Shown one piece after another: positions 29,980 to 45,056 of a stretch of 64,000 nt of DNA. Origin of the DNA: Eledone cirrhosa (lineage: Eukaryota); contig OZ024740.1 of NCBI GenBank assembly GCA_964016885.1, positions 325,252,001 to 325,316,000 of the forward strand, read 5' to 3'. Each line of letters starts with the position of its first letter. The first letter of the stretch is position 1. The position numbers were made by a program, and so were the translations under genes. Below the pieces are notes generated by a model. That model searched no databases and was not told the DNA's origin. It was given only the letters and a program-made list of their open reading frames with translations.

Positions 29980-30021
<42 letters not shown>

Positions 30022-30031
30022 TTATATACAA

Positions 30032-30062
<31 letters not shown>

Positions 30063-30069
30063 CATATAT

Positions 30070-30115
<46 letters not shown>

Positions 30116-30121
30116 TAATAT

Positions 30122-30218
<97 letters not shown>

Positions 30219-30345
30219 GGAAAAAGTATGACCCCGACGGCAGATCTCAAGCCATTTCTGGACGGCTATTTCCCACTCTACTACCCTAAGTATTGAGTAC
30301 TCTGGTCCGTTATGGTCCATCTGGTTCCTTACCACAATTACTTTG

Positions 30346-30347
<2 letters not shown>
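30219..30347 (+). mobile_element. Short inverted-arm plus tail remnant of the family at 53606-53943
   Basis: GACCCCGACGGC.GATCTCAAGCC and CCCACTCTACTACCCTAAGTATTGAGTAC..TTCCTTACCAC are shared; TA flanks. Confidence 0.75.
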
Positions 30348-30431
<84 letters not shown>

Positions 30432-30461
30432 GTATTTGTATATATATATATATATATATAT

Positions 30462-31445
<984 letters not shown>

Positions 31446-31476
31446 TATATATATATATATATACATGCATATACAC

Positions 31477-31564
<88 letters not shown>

Positions 31565-31954
31565 ATGTGTGTGTCTGCGTGTGTGTGTATGTATGTGTGT
31601 GTGTGTCTATGTATCTATTTATCTACCTACCTATGGATGGATGTATATACAATGAGACAGGGAAGATAGTTTGATGGGTAATTCGAAACGTGTTCTTGCT
31701 TCTTCTCAACATTGAAATACAGTAAATGGCAAACCATTCGTTAGTTCTGTTTTCCAGACAAATGTTCGAAGATAGTCATCTCTGTTGTTGATAATCTTTG
31801 ATCTAAGTAGTTTGGAGCAAAAATTATCTTGATCACTTAAATACACTTAATTACATTTAATTAATACAGATATAAATCAAGCGATCTTATTAATAAACTA
31901 CATTAGCAATTCTAAAGTTATTATTTACCATACGTGTAGGGTAGGAGTATGTGA

Positions 31955-32690
31955 GTGTTGGTCTTCCGTCAGTTCTGGCGATGACTGCTCCAGTGGATTC
32001 GATCAACGAAACCGTCATCTCATAAATTTAACGTGCAAGCGGCTAAACCTTCCACAGACACGTGTACCATTAATGTAGTTCTTAAGAAATTCAGTGTGAC
32101 AGTGTGTGACAGTGTGTGATAGTGTGTGACAGTATGTGACAGTGTGTGGCAGTGTGTGGCAGCCTGTGACAGTGTGTGGCAGTGTGTCGCAGTGTGTGAA
32201 AGTATGTGGCAGTGTGTGATTGTGTGTGGCAGTGTGTGGCAGTGTGTGGAGGTGTGTGACAGTGTGCGACAGTGTGTGATAGTGTGTGACCATGTGTGAC
32301 AGTGTGTGGCAGTGTGTGGCAGTGTGTGACAGTGTGTGACAGTGTTTGACAGTGTGTGGCAGTGTGTGACAGTGTGTGGCAGTGTATGACAGTGTGTGAC
32401 AGTGTGTAATAGTGTGTGACAGTAAATGACAATGGGTGACACTATGTGACAGCATGTGACAGTGTGTGACCATGTGTGACAGTGTGTGACAGTGTGTGAC
32501 ATCATGTTACAGAGTGTGACAGTGTGTGACAAGGCTAGCCATTTGTATTATAGTGCAACTCATTTTTTTAAGCTAAGCGGACTTGAGCCACGGGAAATAA
32601 AGTGAATTTCTCCAGGACACACCACGCCGCCCGGCACCGAATTCATAACCTTAAGATCTTTATCCCAACACCCTACGCACTAAGCCAATC
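31955..32690 (-). mobile_element. tRNA-derived SINE, family B, with internal minisatellite expansion
   Basis: CCACAGACACGTGTACC..GTAGTTC..TTCAGTGTGAC...GTGACAAGGCT also seen near 17380 and 45950; tRNA-like head at the right end. Confidence 0.75.
32094..32531. repeat. 10-bp minisatellite (AGTGTGTGAC)n, ~43 units
   Basis: Exact 10-nt phase is visible across the lines. Confidence 0.95.
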
Positions 32691-34146
32691 AGATTCAAAT
32701 AACGTTATGTGGTGAAGGTGAGATCCACTTTGCCTTTCATTTTTAATCTGAAATACCACTGGAGTTGGTATTTTTGGGGAGGGGTGGTTATTATTTGGTC
32801 AGTGAGGGATGGGCATTACCCATTTCAGGGCCACCATCACTGGTGGGAGGAGAGGAAGAGGAGAAGGTATCATCAAACAAGAGAACAAGTCCGAATGTTT
32901 GTAACAGAGTATACTCCGCTAAAAACATCCAAATGCTAGGTGATAGTGTTAAACTAGTCAACAGATAAGTTCAACACCCCAATCAGGCCATAGCGATGGT
33001 GGAAGTCAGAACGCAAACAACCGAAGCAAATACAGGAAATAATTACGCCCGATATTAACAATTCTGCTAATCTATAACCCTGGATTGGTACTATATTTTA
33101 TTAACCCCTGAAAAGATTAAGGAGGGATTTGTTCTCAGAGCACAGGAAGCCAGAACAAAATCTGTAAGTCATTTTGTTGTACCTTCCAGCGACTCAGTCA
33201 ATTCGCCAAATGATACTTTATTTCAACGACCCCTGATGGATGAGATGAAAATTAAACAGTGATGTTATTTTGTGCGCTGCTCAATAATCTTCCATATATT
33301 GATCAGTAATATTTATTTCTAACATAGAGAACGTATTAGTCGATAGCATTAACCCCAGTTTCTGACTCGTACTGTACTTTATTCACGTTTGTTAAACAAA
33401 AACAATGTTCAATTCGTCTGGATTTGAACTTAGGACATAAAGAGACGATACGTTGCATGAGATTTTTCTGTACATTACATCTACCCATTCTACCAAAATA
33501 CTGCCCTCAATCAGGAATATTAAACAAAGGCTTCAGGTAGTTTTTGACAAGTACATTAAGAATTTTCCATCCTCCAGATGTCGATAAAATAGTACAAATA
33601 TTGTGAGTAGTATATAATAAGACAGTGTAAGGTTGCTGAAGGATTTGGCTGCGGCTAACTAATCATTACCTACTCTATCAGGCCTTTTAAGATGTCTGCC
33701 AGATACAGCAACACGGATTTTAAGTCTGTCGTTATACTAGCAAGTATCACGTGTTTTAAAAAGAAACTGCCATTTTCACTGACAAGCGATTATGTGCTTC
33801 GGTGTCGATATCGATAATATCACACATCATGTTAGATATCAGATGTGTTGTTGCTTTTCAAAGTGAATTGAGAAAACAAAAGAGACGATATTCTTTGTAA
33901 TGCATTGATACGAATATTTTTTTTTTCTGGTATATAATACCATTAAAGGAAGATAAAAACGTTAATATGAGACTAAGTATGAATCTAGATAATTGTTGTA
34001 TCGAGGTAAAAATGCATTCAGTTAGAATGAAATTGTAATTGAAACCGATTGAAAAGTCAGATAAAGTTTTCTTGGCCGCCATTGCAAGCAGTGTTCAAGA
34101 AAAAGAAATCGAGTATACATACAGATATGAATAATATATATACCTT

Positions 34147-34206
<60 letters not shown>

Positions 34207-34271
34207 GCTTACACAGTCATGGTTAACTTGTGCTACATATGTACAAATATGAATATATATATAGCTTTCTG

Positions 34272-34419
<148 letters not shown>

Positions 34420-35214
34420 GTGTGCGTGTGTGTGCGTGTGTGTGTGCTTAGAAAGTCGTGGCTAACGTTGTACTACATATGTATAGATATGAATAATATA
34501 TATTCCTTTCTATATTTTATCAGAATTGCTTATGACTGCTATGTATATATCTGATAGTTGTGGCTGCCAAAATACCCGAGGAGCTTCCTTTACTTAACAA
34601 TAAGGTTTATTATTACAGAGATAGTAAGTAAGCTATTATATCAAAACTTTCCAATTGTAGACAAACGAATATAGCTGGTGGGTAATGTTTTCTTACTTTA
34701 AACTTGTAAGGCATATCTTTTAAGATTAAGTATTGACGTGTGTATCTGTATTTTTAATATGATATTTTTGTTCTTTTATTCTTTTACTAGTTGAAATATT
34801 TGGGCTATGGAGTGCTTCTTTAAAGGTTTTATGTCGATCATACCGAACAGAGTGCTTGCTTTTGTAGTTTGTTGTTTATCCTTTGTTTTTGTTTTGGTTT
34901 AGTTATTTTGTGGAGGTGTTAAATCTCGTGCGTATAGTTTGATCGCAACTGTTTGAACCACCTTGTCAAGGGACATAAACCAACAGCAAGGTAAATAGTA
35001 ATGCACTAACACGCTACACTCACGCATACAGACCTACACTACTCTCACACATTGTGTTACTGTTTGCCAGAATATCGTCCGCACATTATATATAATAACA
35101 GAAGAACTCTCGGGCAGTTTTCTGCTATCATATGTAGTGTGCATATTGGTATTATACGCAAATGTATATGCATATAGATATGATATGTAAATTGAAAAGT
35201 AAATTGACAATATC

Positions 35215-35875
35215 TTTTTCTTCGCTCACTTATTTCTGAGAGGGTCATAGAGGCAGAGTCCTTCTTAAACACTCCTTCCAGCGAGTCTGTCAGAAGGAAA
35301 CATCTCTAACTAATCCAGCTGGATCCCAAAGCGTGACCATCCAAGCTCATGAATGTTATCCAACTATCTTGTTCAAGGCCTACCTCTAGGTTTTCTGCCG
35401 GTTCGTTTTGCCTGTAAAATCTGTCCAACAATTCTTTCCTGAGACATTCTAACCACATTCCCATAGTATCGGAGAAGTACCAGCTCTACCAGGAGTGACT
35501 CGCTGATCTCCTAGCTATGCACTTTATCGAGTAACGTTACTCCAAAGAACCTTCGGAGGAACCCCATTTCAGCCGCTTCTATTTGCAATTGTATTCTTTC
35601 AGTCATTACCCAAGATTCATGACCAAACGTAAGGATTGGCAGGAATACCAGGAAGACAGCGAGTTTGGCTTTTACACCTACCTACCTTCTTCTGATTGCT
35701 GAATGCTGAAGCTGGCACATTACTGCATCAGTTTTTGCAATTCTTGCACTTAATTCAGCCTCCTGCCTTCCATCACTCATGAACGCAGCCCCAAGATACT
35801 TGAACTTCTCTACCTGCTTTAGTTGAACTCTATTCACATGTATATAAATTTGAGGGACTTCTGCCCATCCGTTCG
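35215..35875 (-). mobile_element. RTE LINE 3' fragment
   Basis: LKQVEKFKYLGAAF..DG...ARIAK plus decayed C-terminus; same family as 46360-46692. Confidence 0.8.
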
Positions 35876-36024
35876 TCACACAATGTGTGTGTGTGAATGC
35901 ATGTGTGTGTGAAAGGAAGGAAAGGGATACACACATATGTCTCTAACTTAAAAACGGTGATACACACACGTTTCTAATTTAACAACGCCGACAAACACAC
36001 GTGCGCGCACATACACACACTGTC

Positions 36025-36720
36025 CTTTTACGACTTAAGAACTTTGGCCCTGGCAAATATCCCCTCAATTTTAGAACCATCTGGGTTGTCCAGAATTGAT
36101 GGGATAAGACCTGACGGTCTTACCCTGTGCCCCTGGTCAAGAGGCAGGTGCCTTATCTAGGACGTCACAGTTAGTGACTCTTTTGCTTCTTCCAACATCC
36201 TGGATACAGCGATTAGGGCGAGAGCTACATCATCCGCAGCTGAACGGGAGAAAATCCTAAAACACCGTGATTTGTCGGCTGACTACATTTTCCAGCCTGT
36301 GACGTTCCAGACGTTGGGGGAGTTGAGCTACTGACAGCGAGGTTCTTAGCTTCACTGGCGGCTCGCCTGACAGAGGTAACTGGTGATGCTCGTGAGGGCG
36401 CTTGGTTGTTCTATCACCTCAGCCTCGCCATCACCCGAGGTAATGCTGCGAGCGTGCTGGCTTTCCTAAAAAATTATTATAGGTTTCCCAGTGCTACTCG
36501 CTATATTGTTATCTTTTGCTCTGTCAGCGGTTTGTTTGTCCACCCCTTTCGCCTGCCTTTTGTTATATGTGGTCCTGGATGTGTGTATTACTTGTTTGTG
36601 TGTTTTTCTTTTCTTTCTTTTTTCCTCTCCCTTTCCTTTGTACATAATATATCTGTTTGTATTTTCGTTCTGTAAGTATTATATTATTATATTTGTTTAT
36701 ACAAATGTGGATAAACCTGT
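36025..36720 (+). mobile_element. CRE-clade non-LTR retrotransposon 3' fragment (RLE domain)
   Basis: [46 protein letters not shown]...LSLAITRGNAASVL, then a T-rich 3'UTR. Confidence 0.85.
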
Positions 36721-36739
36721 AACACACACACACACACAT

Positions 36740-36800
<61 letters not shown>

Positions 36801-36927
36801 TACACACACACAAACATATATATATATATTTATATATATACATACATATATATATATATACATACATATATATATATATATATGTGTGTGTATATGTGTG
36901 TGTGTGTGTGTAAGTATGCATACGTGA

Positions 36928-36978
<51 letters not shown>

Positions 36979-36983
36979 CATAC

Positions 36984-37040
<57 letters not shown>

Positions 37041-37055
37041 CATATATATATATAT

Positions 37056-37850
37056 GGAGGAAGTTATAGTTGACTTGAAGCATTGTGTAATGAGGTATAA
37101 ACGTTTGTATATGTATAATAAAGCCAAAACAATGCAGGTATGGACATAGAATAAAGAATGCAAATGCAAAAGATATTGTTGACAATTAGTCTTTTACCTT
37201 AGATTTATTTAAATGTCTTTAATTTTCGAGATAATATCTCTTCTTCGGAGGGAAGTAAAGCGGTTAAACCAGTGTTCTAAATAGCTTGCCAAGTCATGCT
37301 GAGAGGAAATGGTATAGAGTATATGTATCTCTAATGTCAAAGAGTTAAGGTTAGGTGGATAAAGAGTAGTCTCCCTTTAAAAGGGGTTTTATTGTACATG
37401 CCTGTTTAAGTGTGTGGGGAGAATGCGTGAAGGTGTAAGTATGTGTGTGTGAGTGTGAGAAGATATGTCTATACGTAAATGTGGGGGATAGATGTTATCT
37501 CCTGTTAGAACTGGTCTTTGTGTGTGTATGTGTGTGTGTGAGAGAGAGTAAGTGGAGGTGTAAAACACCTCAATACTAACGCTTTCTCATTTAAGAAACA
37601 CCTAGTTAAATGCAAAAACACCGACAAAACCATAACAGTTAGGATAGAAACTAAGGAAAGAAACCTCGGCAATCTTAGAATTAAGGAAGCACTAATTATA
37701 GACAAAACACAACCACCAATCAATAATAAACTAGAACTCAACACCCAATTTATAACTTGATAGAGCATCTAGTCCCATTTTTACACCCCCACCCCTCTCC
37801 ACACACACACGCTTACACCTCCACTTACTCTCTCTCACACACACACATAC
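37056..37850 (-). mobile_element. Penelope-like 3' fragment with inverted GIY-YIG end
   Basis: Plus-strand 37560-37760 encodes KHL...FKKHLVKC...LRIKEALII...PPINNK (GIY-YIG C-terminus). 37813-37850 is inverted against 37527-37563. Confidence 0.7.
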
Positions 37851-37852
37851 AA

Positions 37853-38280
37853 TAAATGTAATCTGAGTTTTTCGAATATTAGTAATGATATTCAATTCGT
37901 TTGCAATTATGCAAACAAGCCTCATTTTTAAAGCCATGTCAGTAGAATGAGCCCCTCATTCTTGCTCTTGTGTTGGCATGTAAACAGAACTGCAGACACT
38001 AATGTTTCTGGGTATTATCCTTCATCAGTACAGTTCACTGTTTAGCTGCCAACTGTCAGAACTAGTGAAACTATATGATATTTTGTAAAATATACAGTGA
38101 CTGACCGGCCGGATTTGCATATTAGCAGACTGGCTGATCAGTCAGATCTGCATATTAGCAGATCCACTGATCAGCCAGATTTGCATATCTGCAGACTGTC
38201 TAGTCAGTTTCCTGTATACAAGCGGTCAATGGCCGGCTTGGCCATATTCAAATAAAAAGGGAATCATCATTTCTCCCGAA
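37853..38280 (-). mobile_element. ~430-bp non-coding hammerhead/octamer monomer
   Basis: Reverse-complement homologue of 14640-14920 and 5724-5880; ATTTGCAT at 38113 and 38179. Confidence 0.8.
37987..38036 (-). ncRNA. Candidate type I hammerhead ribozyme
   Basis: gaactgta CTGATGA aggataataccca GAAA cattagtg TC tgcagttc; stem II weakened relative to 14865. Confidence 0.7.
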
Positions 38281-38481
38281 TGAAACAGTTCTAGTCCTGT
38301 AGAAGCCTTTTCTATATATATATATCCTTCTGCCTGGATTTGCGACCGACAGATAGTATTAGCAATTGGAAAGACCAATGGAAACATCGTTTCCTCGGCC
38401 CGATTGGACGAGCTCCACCCCACTCGTTAAGCGAATGAGGTCTGGGATCTTGTCGATCGACTATCAACTATCGATATATAC

Positions 38482-38542
<61 letters not shown>

Positions 38543-38969
38543 TTTTATTAAGTATAAACAGTGCGTCTACTTACTATTTAGTCTTAATAAAATGAATGTT
38601 ATAACTCTAATTCGGTATTGACTATTCAACTATATACGGAGGAATATATATAAATATAAGCATGTGACTCTCACATCTTTAACATTTGGTTTTCCTATAC
38701 ATATATAGAGAGAGAGTTTCTGCTGTGTACTCACTAAGTCGATTAAATCATGCGTATTGTTTCACTATATTACATCAACTATCACATCGAATTCCTTCTT
38801 TCACACCCTCTTCTCTTTTTCACTTTCACTTAGAAATATATAAATGACGTTGATGTCATTTAGAACTTTAGTTTTAATGGTTATTAGAAGTAGTTATTAA
38901 AAGTCATACATATTAATGTCGTGATACAAAGATGTGTTTTCACTGATATTGCTTCTGTAAAGATTTTAT

Positions 38970-39130
38970 AAGGCGGCGAATTGACAGAGACGTTAGAAGG
39001 TCGGATAGAATGCTTTGAGATATTCGTTCCGGTTTTTCTGCTCTCTAAATTCACATCCCACTGATGTCAACTTCGCCCTCATCGATTTGAGGTCGATAAA
39101 AAATGTAACAGTTTAGTATTGGGATCGATT
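38970..39130 (+). mobile_element. tRNA-derived SINE, family A (diverged)
   Basis: GGCGGCGAATTGACAGA...GTCGATAAAA core. Confidence 0.65.
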
Positions 39131-39789
39131 CCTCCTCTATATTTATTCCCGATTTCTATTTTCTCACACTCTCTATCATTCTCTGGAGGAAAGCTGCTGT
39201 ATTCAGACCTGAAGAAGTGACGGGTTTCGTCAGGTTTTAAAACCTCTTGAAACGTCATATGTCACTACGGCGACTCTACAACTCCGTCAGTAGTTACGAT
39301 ACTATTAAATAGAGAGAAAAGAAAATGTTTTATAAATTGTGTGATGGTTAAAAGATGAGCAAAATTAATATCTAATTAAAAGTGTCGATACTCAGACTAT
39401 AATATATAGATAGATACATCGATGTAGGAATAGTGGCGCTTGAGCAAATCTTTTCACTATCATTTTTTTTAAATATTCCTGCCTGTTTTTGTAGAAACGT
39501 GTTAAAAGAATAAAATGATTTTGCATCGTAGCTATTTCAACATATATAATACTATATATATATATATAGGTATGTATATATATAGGTATGTATGTATATA
39601 TATGTCTATATATATATATATATATATGTATGTATATATATATGTATATGTGTGTGTGTGTATATATATATATAAATATATGTGCATGTGTGAGTGTGTG
39701 AGAGAGAGTGTAAGAATGGTTGTGTGTGCATGTGGGTGCAAACTAGCGTGCACAATTATGTATTTATGTATAACTATGAATATATATAT

Positions 39790-39870
<81 letters not shown>

Positions 39871-39881
39871 AGAGAGAAAGA

Positions 39882-39942
<61 letters not shown>

Positions 39943-40222
39943 TATACATACATACATAAAGTTATGTACACGCACAAATAACGATATTCACTTTTTTTCC
40001 CGTTCAGTTCCCAATAACTCTTTTACCAGAAAAAAATATATAAATGAACATAAAATATAGTAAAATAAAACTAAACGAAATGGAAACAAAAACTCACAGG
40101 GAACATAAATAAAATTAAGAGAAACAATAACTGGGAATTCCTTGATTCCTCTTAGAAATTGTAGAGAATTGCATAGCTATATAGTACATGCAACAGCAAT
40201 ATACATATATATATATATATAT

Positions 40223-40263
<41 letters not shown>

Positions 40264-40266
40264 GAT

Positions 40267-40305
<39 letters not shown>

Positions 40306-40366
40306 TTCTTATATATATACACACATATGTATATGTATATATACATGTATAAATATATATACACAG

Positions 40367-40404
<38 letters not shown>

Positions 40405-40450
40405 ATCTATATATACATTTATTTATATACATATATATATATACATTTAT

Positions 40451-40525
<75 letters not shown>

Positions 40526-41290
40526 TATTTATATACATATATATTTACATACATATATATATATATACATAGAGAGAGAGATGCATACACACACACACAC
40601 ATACATATACATATATATATATACATACATGTGGTGTGTGGTATATATCGGTGTTTGGTGTAGTGTATAAACTGTCTTGCTTCACAGCAAAATTAATTAA
40701 GCCATACAAATGCAAGTTTTCCAACTACTCCCACCCACTCATAACACTCTGCCACCACCAACGTCGACACCACCAGTGTTTTCACATCAATTCTTCTTCA
40801 ACAACATGCGAGCCGAACTTGATGTGCGTAACACACTGTTTAAAGAATGTATTGTTGCACGCTGACTGAATACAAAAGAGGGTTTGTTTGCCAGAAATCT
40901 CAGGCTGTAGTGGAAATGTTGATATTTTTTTTTTTTTTACTTCGTTTTCCCTGTACGTGAGTGTATGTATGCTTCTGTTTGTTTATGTTTGTTTCTTTGT
41001 ATTTTGTTTAGTTTTGTTGGGGTGGGAAGGTTCTATTCCGTTGTGAATAGATTTTTAATGATTTTTGTTCCCTTCTCTCAGTCTTTCCTCGCTTGATTCA
41101 TTATCTCCCTTTCTCGCCTTCTTTCAGTTTTCCTTCTTTTTTTTCTTTCCTTTACACACACCAGATAATTGGTGTCGTCTTACGAGTCAATTGCTATACA
41201 AATATATATCCTGGGTTTATTTCGTTGCTAATCCGTCTGTTTGACTTTGCTAATGCAAGGCAAAATATTTTGTGTATATGTATATATATA

Positions 41291-41370
<80 letters not shown>

Positions 41371-41480
41371 TGTGCTCTATTAAAGATCTCCCGGCTATTC
41401 CATACAGACTTGGTTGAATTCAACAGGTTTAGAAGCCCAAAAGATATTTATTAACGAAAACGGTGGGGAGCAAGAAAACG

Positions 41481-41565
<85 letters not shown>

Positions 41566-41894
41566 AAAGCAACAGGCATTCTATTATTGATATGACAGAA
41601 GACTTTGTAATATTTATATATTTATATTAACCGTCAGTGTCTATTTTATCGAAATATGTTATATTGTATCGAATATGGCAGTGGGATTTCCTCACCAAGG
41701 CACGACTGGTTCAACATTGGCGCTAACATTGAATGTAATACAAAAGTGAAGCCAAAATGAGCCGATCCTCAGATCGGATCATGAAAAGAATGTTTCCATT
41801 GGTCTTTCCATTGCTGGTACTATCTGTCGATCACAACTTATGTCAGAAATATAATACAATAGTGACTAAATAGAAAACTAATACTAATAATAAT

Positions 41895-42350
41895 TGTTTC
41901 TACTTTTGACACAAGGCTAGCAGTTTGAAAATAAGGACAAAATCGATTAAATCGACCCCAGTGTGCTACTGGTACTATTTTATCGACCATATAAGGATTA
42001 AAAGCAAAGCTAAACTCGGCTGATTTGAACTCTGAACTTAAAGCGCCGTAATCATATGCATCAACGCATGTTGTCCGACGCTCTACAGATACTACCAATC
42101 CATCGCCCTACTATTATTACTACTAATAATAATACTAGAAATCATTATTACTACTAATAATAATTGTTTCTACGTTTGGCACAAGGCCAGCAATTATCCA
42201 GTACATTACTGGTACTTTATTTTATCGAACCTATAAGGATGAAAGGCAAAGTTAACCTCGGCGGGATTTGAACTCAGAATAGCAAGGGCAGTAACTCTAT
42301 ACGTCAAAGCATGGCGTCCGACCCTCTACCAATACTGCCAATCCACCGCC
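41895..42350 (-). mobile_element. Two tandem SINE family A copies (41895-42110, 42164-42350)
   Basis: Repeated TGTTTCTAC.TT.G.CACAAGGC.AGCA...GATTTGAACTC..ATACT.CCAATCCA.CGCC. Confidence 0.8.
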
Positions 42351-43020
42351 TGGCCACAAGGGCCGAGATATAGGGGACGATACACTCGACAGGGACAGTG
42401 GGGGTTTACATATAAAACGTGTAAAAATATAAATAACAATAACAAAATAAAAATAAAAATACAACGATGAAAAATTTCCCAGGGTTAACTCAGGTACCCC
42501 ACCAATCCTGAACCACCCGATGCTTCGAGAGCACCCTGGAAGGGCACCCCTCTCTTCCTCAAATTCACCCACCTACAGGCGCATGATCAGAGTAGGCCCA
42601 CTCCACACGGGCCATTCTCGCCACATTCACCCAGCTAATCCTTCACAATGCCAACGGGTGCCTAAGATGCCGTTCATGTACCCCAATATCAGTAAAGGCT
42701 GAAGCGTTGCAAAAAGGCACAGATGGTCACCATTCTAAAAGCACCACCTTTGCTATTGTTCACATCCACGACCATTAACTTATCGTCCGTAACTCGGAAG
42801 ATCGTCTGTACCTCGAGGTCCAGGGATTTTCTAAAGAGCCTCCTATTCAAGCCTCCTATTCAAAGCCGACTAAGAAATGCATAGACCTCAAAGTCTTCAA
42901 GAATCGAGGCTAGTGCCTGTGTGTCAGAAATCCTGGTCTCGCTAACGTCTATCACATCTATAGCTATTAACCAGATGTCGTTAAGCAACGAACCTTGCTT
43001 CCAGGATGATCCCAGGCCAT
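42351..43020 (-). mobile_element. Internally deleted Tx1/L1-like element (APE N-terminus joined to 3' end)
   Basis: LLNDI..IDVIDVSETRI...FRKSLDLEV..KLMVVDV..GAFRMV (APE-like), followed within ~100 bp by a WVNVARMARV C-terminus and 3'UTR. Confidence 0.6.
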
Positions 43021-44654
43021 GTATATTTATTCAACTTACTCTTAAAATTGCCAAGAGTTAAGAGAAAAAAGGGGTCTATTTACCCTACCAATGTTGTTGT
43101 AGAGCGGGTGGATCGACCTCCATACCTGGTTGGGGCACTCTTGGGAACCCCTTTTAACTTACTGGTGGATTTTACATTAGGGAGATTCCCATGTCATAGG
43201 GAGGGTTTTCACTAATGTTTTCTGTCTCAAGCGACATGCGCTCCATCATTACAGTTTGTGACACTTTAAACGTGCTGGTTCCAAAAATCTCATCCGCTCT
43301 CTCAATATCCTCACTTCGTGTTATGAGGGCCATCAATTCTTCGTTTAACTTCCTCAGTACTCAAATATATAACGTTAAAGAATGAAATGAGTATGAATAT
43401 TTATATGGAAAACAAATGCTGAGCTTACACATGTTTCGTGATTAGGTATTCATTCAGACTCCATATCTCTGTGTATTGTGTTAAGAAAATAGCGATGTAT
43501 CTGTGCATAAAACACTTCCTTTCACGTTGCTTTAATCCACACAAGACGGCGACAGAGTCGTTAGAACGTCGACTTCGCTCGCTCGTCGCTCGCTCTATCT
43601 GGAGGGATTTCCCTATCTGGAGAGGGATAAGCTCTACCAGGATTATATGCCCAAGACACGCCATACGGAATGACAGCATTCCCGTGTCATGTAATGTAAT
43701 GTCTGATCCCCTCAGCCGGAAAGTGTTACCGGTGATAACTTTGTAAACTCTCACTGGTAAAATTCCTCATGAACCTATGGTAAGGTCCTGTCTGATGAGC
43801 CTCTATGCTCAAGAAATAATTTGCCTTTTATAAAAATACACCAACGAGTGAGTGTGTGGGGGGTGTAGTTGTGTTTGAAAGGAAAGTGGAACTAAGTAGA
43901 AAAATAGGAGAGAGAAATGAGATAAAGAGATCAGATAGAAATGTAAATGTATACTACAGCTAAGATGAAGAACATAACATGAATGAAGTTCAGAGAAAGC
44001 TAGGCAAAAGGACAAAGACTGCAAGTACCTTATTTATCAGTTGATTCACAAAATGAATATATTTCTCTTTGTTCCAATCTCGTTTTGAAAGATACGCCGT
44101 CTGAAAGTTCAAAGGCAAAATACTATTCAATAATAGTTAGTGCAACACCAAATTCCACATATGTCGAACAGACAACATTTATCATAGGTTACCTTTCAAA
44201 GTATAGATTATAAGTTTAAGAAGGAAGATTCAATAGAGATTTCCTTCTTTTGAAGATTGTTGTGAGAAAACAGCTTCTGAGATTGCAAACTTGATAAAGG
44301 AAACACTGCATATAAATGGTATTTTCTTGGAGGTTTGCAAGGATTAAGGATATGATAATGGAGCGAACTTGGCAATCATGTACAAAAGAGTATAAATGAT
44401 ATCACTTAATGAAAATCCTCTTGTTATTTTATTACTATATGAATGCTATGTATTGAATTTATGTGACACGGATTCAACAGAGTGCAGTATTCAAGCAGTT
44501 AATGTTTTCGGAAATCTTAAAAGTGAATGTAATGTTATTTCCCGAAAGCGAATATAATGGCAGATTCTTCTGACACACATATTAACTGTCATTGATTACG
44601 TTGCAAATCAACTAGTTATGGCATAATATGCAACTACAATACGGTGGACTGGTA

Positions 44655-44960
44655 TCGATTTGGGGTCGATAAAATAAAGTATCAGTGGTGTCGATTTAAT
44701 AAACTTTCCCCTCTCCAAATATTTGGTTTTGTGCCTAAAGTAGAAATTATTATTAAGGGAATTGGATTGGCAGGGTGGTTAAAACGGTCGGACAAAGGCT
44801 TAGCAGTACTTCTTCTGGTTTGACATACTGTGCTCCAATCCTGCTGAGATTCACTTTGCCTTCCATCCTTCTAGGGTCGATGAAATAAAGTCTCAATAAA
44901 GTACTGAGATCGATTTAATCAACATTATCCCTCAACGAAATTGCTGGTCTTGTGCTTAAA
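44655..44960 (+). mobile_element. SINE family A fragments (two)
   Basis: GGGGTCGATAAAATAAAGTA and TTTGCCTTCCATCCTTCTAGGGTCGATGAAATAAAG cores. Confidence 0.65.
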
Positions 44961-44977
44961 TTATGATCTCTGTTCTA

Positions 44978-44988
44978 TCAACTAGTTC

Positions 44989-45056
<68 letters not shown>

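Larger units (their letters stand above)
26259..29985 (+). mobile_element. Neptune-type Penelope-like element as a 3.7-kb fold-back: minus arm 26259-28381, plus arm 28380-29924, unique tail 29925-29985
   Basis: The arms are near-identical reverse complements over ~1.55 kb; (TA)n flanks both ends. Confidence 0.95.

Noticed and set aside
32015-32532. His/Cys/Thr-rich ORFs of 113-170 aa
   Set aside because: Products of the 10-bp minisatellite, open in all three minus frames.
39206-39263. CTGAAGA..branched hairpins..GAAA
   Set aside because: Stem III and stem I cannot both be paired convincingly. Similar degenerate cases near 22910, 23045 and 37230 were also left uncalled.
43785-43825. CTGATGA...GAAA hammerhead-like spacing
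   Set aside because: The hairpin overlaps the core, and stems I and III cannot be formed.
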